Below, piece by piece: positions 26,637 through 34,065 of a stretch of DNA of 36,929 nt; the first letter of the stretch is position 1, and each line of letters opens with the position of its first letter. This DNA is from a virus: the UHGV virus genome UHGV-0211320; one strand, written 5' to 3'. The translations under genes were made by a program, and so were the position numbers. The notes under the pieces were generated by a model. It was not told where the DNA came from, did not search any database, and was given only the letters and a program-made list of their open reading frames with translations.

Positions 26637-26831
26637 TTACTCGCAAGTCACTAAAATGGCTACTTCATCGATAAAGTTTCCATCTTCGTCTTCCATTCCT
26701 TGCTGAATGCTAATGTCGGTAATCTGCTTAAAAAATCCGTTGTCATAGCCTTGTGCGTTTATCACTACTTCGACGTCTCCGAAAACCTCTTTGAGACTAT
26801 TAATTTTATTTACTACTTCCGATGCGTCCAT
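26637..26831 (-). CDS. Hypothetical small very acidic protein (64 aa, net charge about -11).
   Basis: 14 Asp/Glu versus 3 Lys and no Arg, by direct count. No family recognised. Confidence 0.45.
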   Translation of the reverse strand: MDASEVVNKINSLKEVFGDVEVVINAQGYDNGFFKQITDISIQQGMEDEDGNFIDEVAILVTCE

Positions 26832-26917
26832 GACTACATCCCTTTCCAGTTAAAAATCTCTGTCGTTAATAGACTACTGTTCAAAGTATTCATCTTCACT
26901 CATCCTTCTGCCTCCTC

Positions 26918-27448
26918 TTACACTGGCACAGCAAATGGCCAGTATCCTTCATCAATTGCTTTTATTTCTGATTCCGTAAATTTCATATCATCAAAATCGT
27001 TGTTGTCTGCAATTGTTATATTTCCTCTATCATCTTTCATTAGATACGCCTCTAAATCCCAACGATTAAAATACATAACTGGCAACTTCACATAATACAA
27101 CGGCTCTTTCTCGACCTCGTAGCCGTCTATCCAAGCACGAGCAAACGTTTCTTGATTATCTTCAATCCATCTATCAGCCTTGCTATACTCAACACCGTAG
27201 AGGTTCCACGGCTTGAATGAAATAGCTAGACTATCGCCTTTCTTTTTAGCGTATTCTATCCATTCCGCCACAAACTTCGGCACCACTGGCTTCTGCGGTT
27301 CGTCTATTTTTTTCATTAACGTAATACCTGCATTTATACTCTCGTTATAGCAAGCAGCTATTGCATCATTTCCTATCGCTTTAATACTTTCTAACTTTTT
27401 GATTGTTTCCTGTTTATTCATCTGCTTCCTCCTATCGTCCGCCGCCAT
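26918..27448 (-). CDS. Hypothetical early protein (176 aa, possibly DUF1642-like).
   Basis: ORF with RBS GGAGGAAG. Family assignment is from memory and uncertain. Confidence 0.45.
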   Translation of the reverse strand: MAADDRRKQMNKQETIKKLESIKAIGNDAIAACYNESINAGITLMKKIDEPQKPVVPKFVAEWIEYAKKKGDSLAISFKPWNLYGVEYSKADRWIEDNQETFARAWIDGYEVEKEPLYYVKLPVMYFNRWDLEAYLMKDDRGNITIADNNDFDDMKFTESEIKAIDEGYWPFAVPV

Positions 27449-27548
27449 AATTGGCGACAGACCGCTGTTTGTTGATTATCGTCCGCTAATTTGGTGGTTA
27501 ATTTACTCACATTCATTCCTCGCTTCTGCTATTTCTTCGGATAGTGGA

Positions 27549-27824
27549 CTAAATTCCTGCCCGTTTAAAGTTTCCGCCATTTTCGAAAATATCAGTTAGA
27601 TGGTTTTCCATCTCCTCATCAGACAAATATCCAAATGGTTCCCAGTCAAAGGTGTAATCACAAGATCCATCAAAACTGATAGGCATTAATTCCAAGCCGT
27701 ATGATCCAAAACCGCAAATCACACTTGCTCCCCAACCGTTTGGGAATTTATAAATCCGATGGTTAGCAATCGTATTATGACCAGTAGTCATATAATCTCG
27801 ATATCTATTGCATTCTGTTCTCAT
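27549..27824 (-). CDS. Hypothetical protein (91 aa).
   Basis: Start overlaps the upstream stop (ATGA). Confidence 0.45.
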   Translation of the reverse strand: MRTECNRYRDYMTTGHNTIANHRIYKFPNGWGASVICGFGSYGLELMPISFDGSCDYTFDWEPFGYLSDEEMENHLTDIFENGGNFKRAGI

Positions 27825-28129
27825 TTTTTCTCCTCCACATACCTAAACTGTCGTCCTTTTGAATCAATCCATGAGCTCCTAGCTCTATCCCAAATAATGT
27901 TTTTGCTTAATCCAGTAATTTCAGATAACTGTTCAGCAGTACCTGTTACTAGAATTCGATCACCATGCCAGATTGCAATTTTTCTCGGCGTTCTCCGTTT
28001 GGTTTTTTCATTCCACATTGATTTACCGAGCTTTTGGACTTCTGCAACTATTTCTTTGTCTTCCTGCCAAGATTCTGACTTGGTTAATTCAGCAATTCTT
28101 TTCATTGCTGCTTTCTTATCCATGCTCAT
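27821..28129 (-). CDS. Hypothetical protein (102 aa) with a possible HTH-like segment (GTAEQLSEITGLSKNII).
   Basis: Start overlaps the stop of the 53-aa ORF upstream (ATGA). Confidence 0.45.
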   Translation of the reverse strand: MSMDKKAAMKRIAELTKSESWQEDKEIVAEVQKLGKSMWNEKTKRRTPRKIAIWHGDRILVTGTAEQLSEITGLSKNIIWDRARSSWIDSKGRQFRYVEEKK

Positions 28130-28287
28130 TCCTCCAATCTACGAATTTCCCTTCTTAAGTTCTCTATGTGCAAATCGATCGCCTTTCTCGCCGTTTCATT
28201 GACCATCACTGCCTTTGTTCGTTCTAGATCGTCAATCTCACGCTGAAGGCTTCGAATACGCATTTGAATCACTTCTTCTGTTGTCAT
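28126..28287 (-). CDS. Unannotated small coiled-coil protein (53 aa), absent from the ORF track because it is shorter than 60 aa.
   Basis: RBS GAGGTGG before ATG at 28287. Sequence MTTEEVIQMRIRSLQREIDDLERTKAVMVNETARKAIDLHIENLRREIRRLEE. Its TGA overlaps the ATG of the next gene. Confidence 0.5.
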   Translation of the reverse strand: MTTEEVIQMRIRSLQREIDDLERTKAVMVNETARKAIDLHIENLRREIRRLEE

Positions 28288-28301
28288 GATGGACCACCTC
28301 G

Positions 28302-28661
28302 TTAAAAACGCTCTTCCTTGAACGTATTCCGATATTTTTTAGCTAAAATCAACGGCACTTGATATTTATGACAAAACAACTTTGCCTTGATCTTAAAGTC
28401 TTTTGTCTGCATTCCTTTGACATCTACGACTTTGACTAGTTTGCCGTTTTTATAAAATGTGAAGTCGGGAATATACTCGATCTTACGATACTTCTTTCCA
28501 TCTAGTTCAAACTTCGGCATCAGCTCAAATCGTTCCTGAAGTTTTACTTTCCAGCCGTTCGCTTCCGCTTGCCACAAAGCTAGATCGTAGTACTCTGCTT
28601 CTGCGATAGAATCAAACTTGATACCTCGATGGATAGTTTTTCGATTACGATATTTATTCAT
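28302..28661 (-). CDS. DUF1064-like putative PD-(D/E)xK nuclease (possibly resolvase-like).
   Basis: Pattern ...GIKFDSIAEAEYY...IEYIPDFTF...VVDVKG...K, 119 aa, downstream of the DnaC-like gene. Family recalled from memory. Confidence 0.45.
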   Translation of the reverse strand: MNKYRNRKTIHRGIKFDSIAEAEYYDLALWQAEANGWKVKLQERFELMPKFELDGKKYRKIEYIPDFTFYKNGKLVKVVDVKGMQTKDFKIKAKLFCHKYQVPLILAKKYRNTFKEERF

Positions 28662-29509
28662 GCGATACTACCTTTCACTGGTTTTATGCGCTTGTCTGCT
28701 GTTTGTTGGAATTTCAGCGCATAACCTTCTGAATTTTTAAATATCCTAGAAACAATTCTTTCACCGTAGGCTTCTCTTAGTTCAGGACCAGATAAGTTTG
28801 TTGTGATAATCGTTGCCTTGTTCTGTCTTGCTTCCAAGAGCGTGTTTAACGTATTGTTTGTAAACTGTCTACTATTTGATACCCCACTACCTAATTCAGC
28901 TCCAACATCGTCAAAAACCACCAAATCAGTTGTTTTAATATCGGCTATAAGCGATCCTTCAATTTCTTTTCTCAGTTCAGAATTGTTATAAGAAAACTTT
29001 ATTTGCTCTAATAACTCTTGATAGCTTATAAAAAGTATTTTCTTGTCATAATTTGAGCGCTCAAGTATTTCCCAAGCTGTCGCCATTGACAAGTGGCTTT
29101 TTCCGCTTCCTGATTTCCCTGATAGAATGAAATGTGCAGGATGGTTCAGTAGGACATCATTTACATAGCTTTTAGCTCTTTCTAAAGCAATTTTCGTTTC
29201 TTGGTCCACTACGTGATAATTCTCCATTTTGCATTTAAACAAAGTTTTATCTGTTAATACCGAACCATTTTGAAAAAAACTCAACGCTCGTGCTTTTAAG
29301 CTGTCGTTATATATCCGTTCGGTCTGTATATCCTCTTTCACACGTAACGCTTTATAACCACAACTCATGCATGTGGGTTTACAACGTTCTGAACCATCCT
29401 TATTTTTAGCTCGCCAACTATACAAAGGTTCGCTACATTCTGGACATTTTCCACTTTGCACTAATACTCTTCTTATTAGCTTCTCCATAGCATTTGCTAG
29501 GCTTTCCAT
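28658..29509 (-). CDS. DnaC/IstB-like ATPase (helicase loader) with an N-terminal zinc-finger-like Cys cluster.
   Basis: Walker A GKSGSGKSHL. N-terminal Cys cluster CPEC...CKPTCMSCGY. RBS AAGGAG 9 nt before ATG at 29509. The ORF-track start at 29632 overlaps the upstream gene. Confidence 0.75.
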   Translation of the reverse strand: MESLANAMEKLIRRVLVQSGKCPECSEPLYSWRAKNKDGSERCKPTCMSCGYKALRVKEDIQTERIYNDSLKARALSFFQNGSVLTDKTLFKCKMENYHVVDQETKIALERAKSYVNDVLLNHPAHFILSGKSGSGKSHLSMATAWEILERSNYDKKILFISYQELLEQIKFSYNNSELRKEIEGSLIADIKTTDLVVFDDVGAELGSGVSNSRQFTNNTLNTLLEARQNKATIITTNLSGPELREAYGERIVSRIFKNSEGYALKFQQTADKRIKPVKGSIA

Positions 29510-29525
29510 GTGATGCATCTCCTTT

Positions 29526-30359
29526 TTAAATTGGCAAGTCGTCATATTCACTAGGATTGCTGTACTGTAGTTTTTGACTTTGCTTTTTATGATTCTTCTT
29601 GTCTGCTTTGATTTCGAATTTGAGCTTCTCAAATTTTTCTCTCAATTTCTTAGCACTTCTAATATTTCCAAACCAAAATTCATTTGTAGGTAGCCAATTG
29701 ATCACATACTCAATCGCTTCTATAGACGCTTTATCTCTTTCTTCCATCAACCTGATTGTGTCTGCCCATTTTTCGATATCTACTTTGTTCATTTCTTTTG
29801 GAAAATCTTCAGTTAAATTACTTTGCAATTTTTTAGCAAGGCGTAAGTGTTCGTTAGAATACTTACCTTTCTTTTCTTCTTTATCTATATCTATATCTTT
29901 CTCTATCTCTATCTCTAACTCTGGTGTAGTTTTGTCTGGACATTTGTCCGACACTTGTCCTCCAGTTATTAAATTCCGTTTTGCCTCTTCTATTTTCTTT
30001 CTGTATTCTCTTTTTCTATCTGCTTCAGTTGAGGATTTTCCAATGAAACTTTGTATATCAGACATATAAATTGCTCCGTTATCTAATACGTCAATAAGCT
30101 GCAAATCACGGAAAATTTGTACCGCTTTTTCTACGACTCCTACAGAATGTCTTGTAATAGTTGCGAGCATTGTAGAGTTAAATGGAATCCTGTCATTAAA
30201 CATCAACTTACCTTCGTGTTTTAGACTTCTTAAATAAAGTTTGAGAAGAATATTAGAATAAATATAGCCATCTGGCATACTTTCTAAGAGAACCATCTCG
30301 TCACTATCGAAAAAATTCTCTTTTAGTTTTAAATAGTAGTAGCGTTTGTTGTCAGACAA
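29526..30359 (-). CDS. Phage replisome organizer (N-terminal phage_rep_org domain plus DnaD-like C-terminus).
   Basis: N-terminus YYYLKLKENFFDSDEMVLLESMPDGYIYSNILLKLYL is typical. TTG start at 30359 behind RBS GGAGGG. An acidic EIEIEKDIDIDKEE segment is encoded by tandem hexamer repeats. Confidence 0.65.
   Translation of the reverse strand: MSDNKRYYYLKLKENFFDSDEMVLLESMPDGYIYSNILLKLYLRSLKHEGKLMFNDRIPFNSTMLATITRHSVGVVEKAVQIFRDLQLIDVLDNGAIYMSDIQSFIGKSSTEADRKREYRKKIEEAKRNLITGGQVSDKCPDKTTPELEIEIEKDIDIDKEEKKGKYSNEHLRLAKKLQSNLTEDFPKEMNKVDIEKWADTIRLMEERDKASIEAIEYVINWLPTNEFWFGNIRSAKKLREKFEKLKFEIKADKKNHKKQSQKLQYSNPSEYDDLPI
29880..29925. repeat. Tandem hexamer repeats (TATCTA x2-3, TCTCTA x3) inside the replisome organizer gene; candidate origin iterons.
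   Basis: Read directly: TTATCTATATCTATATCTTTCTCTATCTCTATCTCTAACTCT. Confidence 0.5.
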
Positions 30360-30365
30360 TATTTT

Positions 30366-31052
30366 TTACCCTCCTATTCTAAGTTTCTTAATTGTTTCCT
30401 GGTTTAACTTGATCCCTTTGATTTGATATTTATTTTTGAAATTGATCACACCTATCTTGTGTTTCTCCGTGTGATGAATCCTGCAGAGTGCTGCAAATGT
30501 GTACTCTGAATGATCAACTTCTTTGCGCTTTCGTCTTCCTAACGCTTTATCAAAGTGATCGATATCAGCTCCTGTTTTGCCACAGATGCAGCAGACTCTT
30601 TTTGTAATGCATTTGTAGAAGTAATACTCTTGATTCGCTGGTAAAATCTCATAGCCTTCTTTGAAAGGAATATGATGTTCAAAGATAAAATCTAAGATGA
30701 TATTTGCTAAGACGTTAGCATCACTCACAGTCGTATTCGATTCATCTTTGAGGCTTATTTTGCGCCCTGTGACACCTTCAAAGCGGAAGTAAAAGAATTC
30801 CTTCCAGAAGTCCGTTGGCATGCCTGTATCGATGAAAATATCGCCTATGAGTGCATAGATGAAGTTTCGTTGCTGTACAGTGAAACGTCTAGGATCAATA
30901 AAACGAATTTCGATGACTCGATCGCCATCATATCCGTCGTACATAGTCTTCAAACGTTCAATGTTCACTTCTTCATTGATCGTTGCACCTATGTCTTTTC
31001 CTTTGAACTTTTTCAGAACCGCGGAATATGAATCGATTAATGGTTTAAACAC
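30366..31052 (-). CDS. Hypothetical protein (228 aa) with a C-terminal HNH-like Cys/His nuclease motif.
   Basis: C-terminus CCICGK...DIDH...ALCRIHHTEKH. GTG start with a weak RBS. It lies in the replication/recombination module. Confidence 0.45.
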   Translation of the reverse strand: MFKPLIDSYSAVLKKFKGKDIGATINEEVNIERLKTMYDGYDGDRVIEIRFIDPRRFTVQQRNFIYALIGDIFIDTGMPTDFWKEFFYFRFEGVTGRKISLKDESNTTVSDANVLANIILDFIFEHHIPFKEGYEILPANQEYYFYKCITKRVCCICGKTGADIDHFDKALGRRKRKEVDHSEYTFAALCRIHHTEKHKIGVINFKNKYQIKGIKLNQETIKKLRIGG

Positions 31053-31057
31053 TCATA

Positions 31058-31729
31058 TCACTTCTTATCTAATTCTTTTCTCTTAGCTGCTATTGCTCGC
31101 TCCATCAAGGCACATTGCTCATAGCTTAACTGTTCAATAGTTTCAACGTTATCAGCTAAGAGCCCTAATTTATCTGTCTGCTCATTAACATATTCGATTA
31201 AGGTTTTGGTCATATCTTTACCCATCTGCTCATTGAAAGCTTCTAGAATCGTCTCTAGCATGTTTAATTTCTTTGTATCGATTCTAGGTGGTGTTGGAAT
31301 ATCTTCCCCTTGAAATACATATAATCCCAGTCCGTGTAGAGCCAATGCTTTCACAAAGCATCGCTTCAATGAGTTATTGATTTGCATTGCATTTGGTTTA
31401 ACAACTGGTTGGTTTCGATAATCTAAAACAGGAAATAACTCGGTTTCCGTGTGTCCTTTAACCGTTACTGAGACAGATACATAAGTCCCTGTTTCGTCCA
31501 TAAGAAAAGGTTTGTATTCCTCAACAAGAAAGTCTTGATGAGTTCCAGAAACAACTCTGTAGTGTTTATACTCATTAATAGTTACCGTTGCCTGTGGATC
31601 ATTCTTTTTCATAATCTCCCACGCGTGAGCCCAAGATAAATAATCAAAATTTCCTTTTTTCTTGAGAATTTTATTTAACTTGCGACTAAAAAGTTTTTCA
31701 AAAGTCGATGTCCCTTTGCTTTCACTCAT
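31058..31729 (-). CDS. Rad52-like single-strand annealing protein (Sak/DUF1071 family).
   Basis: YLSWAHAWEIM and NNSLKRCFVKALALHGLGLYVF resemble the RAD52 GWAHS...DGLKRALRSFG core. RBS GGAGG before ATG at 31729, overlapping the upstream stop. Confidence 0.55.
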   Translation of the reverse strand: MSESKGTSTFEKLFSRKLNKILKKKGNFDYLSWAHAWEIMKKNDPQATVTINEYKHYRVVSGTHQDFLVEEYKPFLMDETGTYVSVSVTVKGHTETELFPVLDYRNQPVVKPNAMQINNSLKRCFVKALALHGLGLYVFQGEDIPTPPRIDTKKLNMLETILEAFNEQMGKDMTKTLIEYVNEQTDKLGLLADNVETIEQLSYEQCALMERAIAAKRKELDKK

Positions 31730-32063
31730 CAAATTCTGCCTCCATTTCAGCAATGTATTTCTTACCTGGTCCGTAATAAGAGATATCAATCAAGTTATCT
31801 CTGTCATACTCTTCTAATGCATCAGTCAAGCCATCTTCGATGACATAAATGTATTCAGGTTTGTTTGAATGTTTTGATAGATGAATAAGGTAAACATGAT
31901 CCCAAATGCTCACAAAATTGCCCAAATCATCTTGATCACATGCTAGTTCTTCATCTGTCAGAAGATTACGTCTGATTTTTCGATTATTTGTTTCCTTGAT
32001 ATTCGACTTGCCCCATTCAGAATCAGTCAAATATTGATCTAAAGTGGAAAGTTCTTTATTCAT
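31722..32063 (-). CDS. Hypothetical acidic protein (113 aa).
   Basis: RBS AAGGAG. First gene after a ~180-bp intergenic region. Confidence 0.5.
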   Translation of the reverse strand: MNKELSTLDQYLTDSEWGKSNIKETNNRKIRRNLLTDEELACDQDDLGNFVSIWDHVYLIHLSKHSNKPEYIYVIEDGLTDALEEYDRDNLIDISYYGPGKKYIAEMEAEFDE

Positions 32064-32096
32064 ATGCTAAAATTCTCCTTACATATATTTTGTTTT

Positions 32097-32134
32097 GTGA
32101 CTCTATGCTTGCCGGCTGAGTCACTTTTTTATTT
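32097..32134 (+). terminator. Plus-strand intrinsic terminator GTGACTC-(14 nt)-GAGTCAC followed by TTTTTTATTT.
   Basis: Perfect 7-bp stem and a T-run on the plus strand only. No plus-strand gene upstream. Confidence 0.4.
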
Positions 32135-32195
32135 GTTGCCAAGCTTTTTGCTTATCAATATGTTGTTGGCTTAGGATGCTTGGTTTATTGTGTCT

Positions 32196-32220
32196 CCACC
32201 AGCGATTAGCAATTACCGCC
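32196..32220. repeat. Conserved motif CCACCAGCGATTAGCAATTACCGCC, similar to 33663-33689.
   Basis: About 21 of 27 positions shared with CCACCAACGATCAGCGATAATTCTGCC. Both lie ~100 bp upstream of the first gene of a minus-strand gene block. Confidence 0.4.
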
Positions 32221-32241
32221 CCTATTCTTAGCGCTTCAGCT

Positions 32242-32967
32242 CTATTCATTTTCATCACCGAAAAGTCTTTGTTGTCTGTTCAGTTGATCGATTTCCATGC
32301 GGATCGCAGTTTCTGGTAACCACATTTCAATAAATGAAACAGCATCATCGAATCTCTTACGAGGTAACTCGCCATATCTTGGGATTGAAAAGGTACGTTT
32401 AAATTCAGACCAAAATTTTGAGAATACTTTTTTGCTGATTTCTTCATAAGCTCGGCTTTCTTTACCTCCTAAAACTTCTATAACTTTCATATTTCCTTTT
32501 TGCTTAATTTCAAACTCTTGTTGCCCACTAATTCGCATAGTATCTTTAAGCATGGAGACATCTTTTTTAACATCTTTCATTTCTTCTAGTTGGTAGATCA
32601 TCATATCTTCAATTGTTTGAGGAACAGTATTCTTGCGAATAACATCTTCCATTTCGTTGAATGCTTCAATAAATTTGAGTTTGAAACTTATTGCTTTACT
32701 TCCAGTGAATCCCATAGCCAACAAGGAAAATCCATCTCTATTCATGAAAAAAACTCTCCGACTTCTCCCATACGTGTCCGGCTCGTTTCCTTCTACAAAC
32801 ATCTGCTCAAAATTGAGCACATCTTCAACATTGGCCGAATTTTCGACCGATCTTTTTACTGATTCAATTGCTTCTAGCACATGCTTATGTTTCTTTTCGA
32901 AAGCTTCAGCTACTTGCAAACTCGTAGTCACAGCTTCTTTATTTTTCAAAATTACTAATTCTTGCAT
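32242..32967 (-). CDS. Rha-family phage regulatory protein / antirepressor.
   Basis: N-terminus KEAVTTSLQVAEAFEKKHKHVLEAIESV is typical of the Phage_pRha domain. RBS AAGGAG. Confidence 0.65.
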   Translation of the reverse strand: MQELVILKNKEAVTTSLQVAEAFEKKHKHVLEAIESVKRSVENSANVEDVLNFEQMFVEGNEPDTYGRSRRVFFMNRDGFSLLAMGFTGSKAISFKLKFIEAFNEMEDVIRKNTVPQTIEDMMIYQLEEMKDVKKDVSMLKDTMRISGQQEFEIKQKGNMKVIEVLGGKESRAYEEISKKVFSKFWSEFKRTFSIPRYGELPRKRFDDAVSFIEMWLPETAIRMEIDQLNRQQRLFGDENE

Positions 32968-32983
32968 TATTTCTTCTCTCCTT

Positions 32984-32993
32984 TTGATATAAT
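32984..32993 (+). promoter_or_regulatory. Extended -10 promoter (TGaTATAAT) for the plus-strand gene 33018..33455.
   Basis: TG at 32985-32986 and TATAAT at 32988-32993, about 25 bp upstream of the RBS AAGGTGG. Confidence 0.5.
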
Positions 32994-33017
32994 TTGAGTA
33001 AAAAGGTGGTGAATTAC

Positions 33018-33455
33018 TTGATAAAAATTTTGAGCGATTACCAAGTCGCTATTACTTTAATCATTTCTATTTCAGGATTTTTTTTATCCCTCTATAACTT
33101 ATTTAAAGATAAAAGAAAAATTACGCTCTCCTATTTTTTAGTTAAGCATGATAGAAGTAATCGAATGATTCTTACTGGCGTAATTGCAAACCCATCAAAA
33201 ATGCCAAACTCAATTATCGAATGTACGTATCTTTACAACGGTAAGAAAATTAATTGTTCACATTATCACGCCAATGGTTTTGATATGGGAAGCATTCATA
33301 AAAGCAGCCTTTTATCTCCTATACCGTTGGCACAAGCAATCTCTCCTGGCTACTCAGTCGCTTTTTCAGAAGTTTTAGATATGAAAGATATATTACCTGG
33401 TGAAAAACTTGTAATGGTCATAAGAACAGCTAATTATCAAAAAAATTTAAGTTAA
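33018..33455 (+). CDS. Orphan plus-strand membrane-anchored protein (145 aa; N-terminal TM helix plus ~100-aa soluble domain).
   Basis: RBS AAGGTGG 8 nt before TTG at 33018. TM segment VAITLIISISGFFLSLYNLF. It is convergent with the 33-aa peptide gene and divergent from rha. Confidence 0.55.
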   Translation: MIKILSDYQVAITLIISISGFFLSLYNLFKDKRKITLSYFLVKHDRSNRMILTGVIANPSKMPNSIIECTYLYNGKKINCSHYHANGFDMGSIHKSSLLSPIPLAQAISPGYSVAFSEVLDMKDILPGEKLVMVIRTANYQKNLS

Positions 33456-33471
33456 AGCTAAAAGACTCATT

Positions 33472-33573
33472 TTAATTGAAAAATTTTTCTTTAATAATCA
33501 AATACAAATTAATTATTATTGATCCAATCCCACAAAACATAATTAACAGAAATACAATATCGTCCTTACTCAT
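33472..33573 (-). CDS. Small hydrophobic peptide (33 aa, MSKDDIVFLLIMFCGIGSIIINLYLIIKEKFFN), a Fst/Ldr-like type I toxin candidate. Absent from the ORF track.
   Basis: RBS GGGAGGG 8 nt before ATG. Single TM helix with a charged tail. Its leader is paralogous to that of 33747..33890. Confidence 0.4.
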   Translation of the reverse strand: MSKDDIVFLLIMFCGIGSIIINLYLIIKEKFFN

Positions 33574-33574
33574 T

Positions 33575-33610
33575 AGTCAGTCCCTCCCGATTGGCTTTTT
33601 TGTTCCCAAT
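33575..33610. repeat. Conserved leader/terminator-like element copy A (plus strand TTAGTCAGTCCCTCCCGATTGGCTTTTTTGTT), similar to 33891-33925.
   Basis: About 85% identical to copy B. It contains the SD of the downstream peptide gene, and on the plus strand a G/C-rich segment followed by TTTTTTGTT. Confidence 0.6.
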
Positions 33611-33662
33611 CTTTTCTTCGCTCGATGTTCTGTTTTGCTAGAATCGTTGACTCGTTATGATG

Positions 33663-33689
33663 CCACCAACGATCAGCGATAATTCTGCC
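33663..33689. repeat. Conserved motif CCACCAACGATCAGCGATAATTCTGCC, similar to 32196-32220.
   Basis: See 32196-32220. Confidence 0.4.
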
Positions 33690-33746
33690 AATTTGTAATA
33701 CTTATTTTCTACTCATGTGAAACTTATTTGATTGACAAAGTATTGC

Positions 33747-33890
33747 CTATTTTGAATAAATCATTAAAAAAATTGTAAGCATTAGACATACTAGAACCGC
33801 ATAGGATGTATACCAGTATTCGCCGCGTTTTCTCATGTAGTTATTTACTAAAACGGCCACGAGATAAACGCCTAATAAACAAAACCACAC
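33747..33890 (-). CDS. Small membrane peptide (47 aa from GTG; an alternative ATG start at 33941 gives 64 aa).
   Basis: RBS GAGGAGG 9 nt before GTG. Sequence VWFCLLGVYLVAVLVNNYMRKRGEYWYTSYAVLVCLMLTIFLMIYSK has 2 TM helices. It is coupled 2 nt after the stop of the 57-aa ORF. Confidence 0.4.
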   Translation of the reverse strand: MWFCLLGVYLVAVLVNNYMRKRGEYWYTSYAVLVCLMLTIFLMIYSK

Positions 33891-33925
33891 TTTAGTCAGC
33901 CTCCTCGGTTGGCTTTTTTGTTTTG
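33891..33925. repeat. Conserved leader/terminator-like element copy B (TTAGTCAGCCTCCTCGGTTGGCTTTTTTGTT).
   Basis: See copy A. On the plus strand AGCC-(9 nt)-GGCT followed by a T-run. Confidence 0.6.
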
Positions 33926-34065
33926 TACTCAGCTTCATCAAGCCCCATAAAAATCCAAACCATGTAAACGATCGTTCCTATCAACGCTTGTCTATTTCCC
34001 CAAAGTCCTAAAGCGTAGATGATTAGCGGTGCGCTGAATACTAATGTTCGATTAAACTTTCCCAT
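33892..34065 (-). CDS. Small two-TM membrane protein (57 aa). Absent from the ORF track.
   Basis: Strong RBS AAGGAGG 6 nt before ATG at 34065. Sequence MGKFNRTLVFSAPLIIYALGLWGNRQALIGTIVYMVWIFMGLDEAEYKTKKPTEEAD. Its start overlaps the 3' end of the xis-like gene. Confidence 0.5.
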   Translation of the reverse strand: MGKFNRTLVFSAPLIIYALGLWGNRQALIGTIVYMVWIFMGLDEAEYKTKKPTEEAD

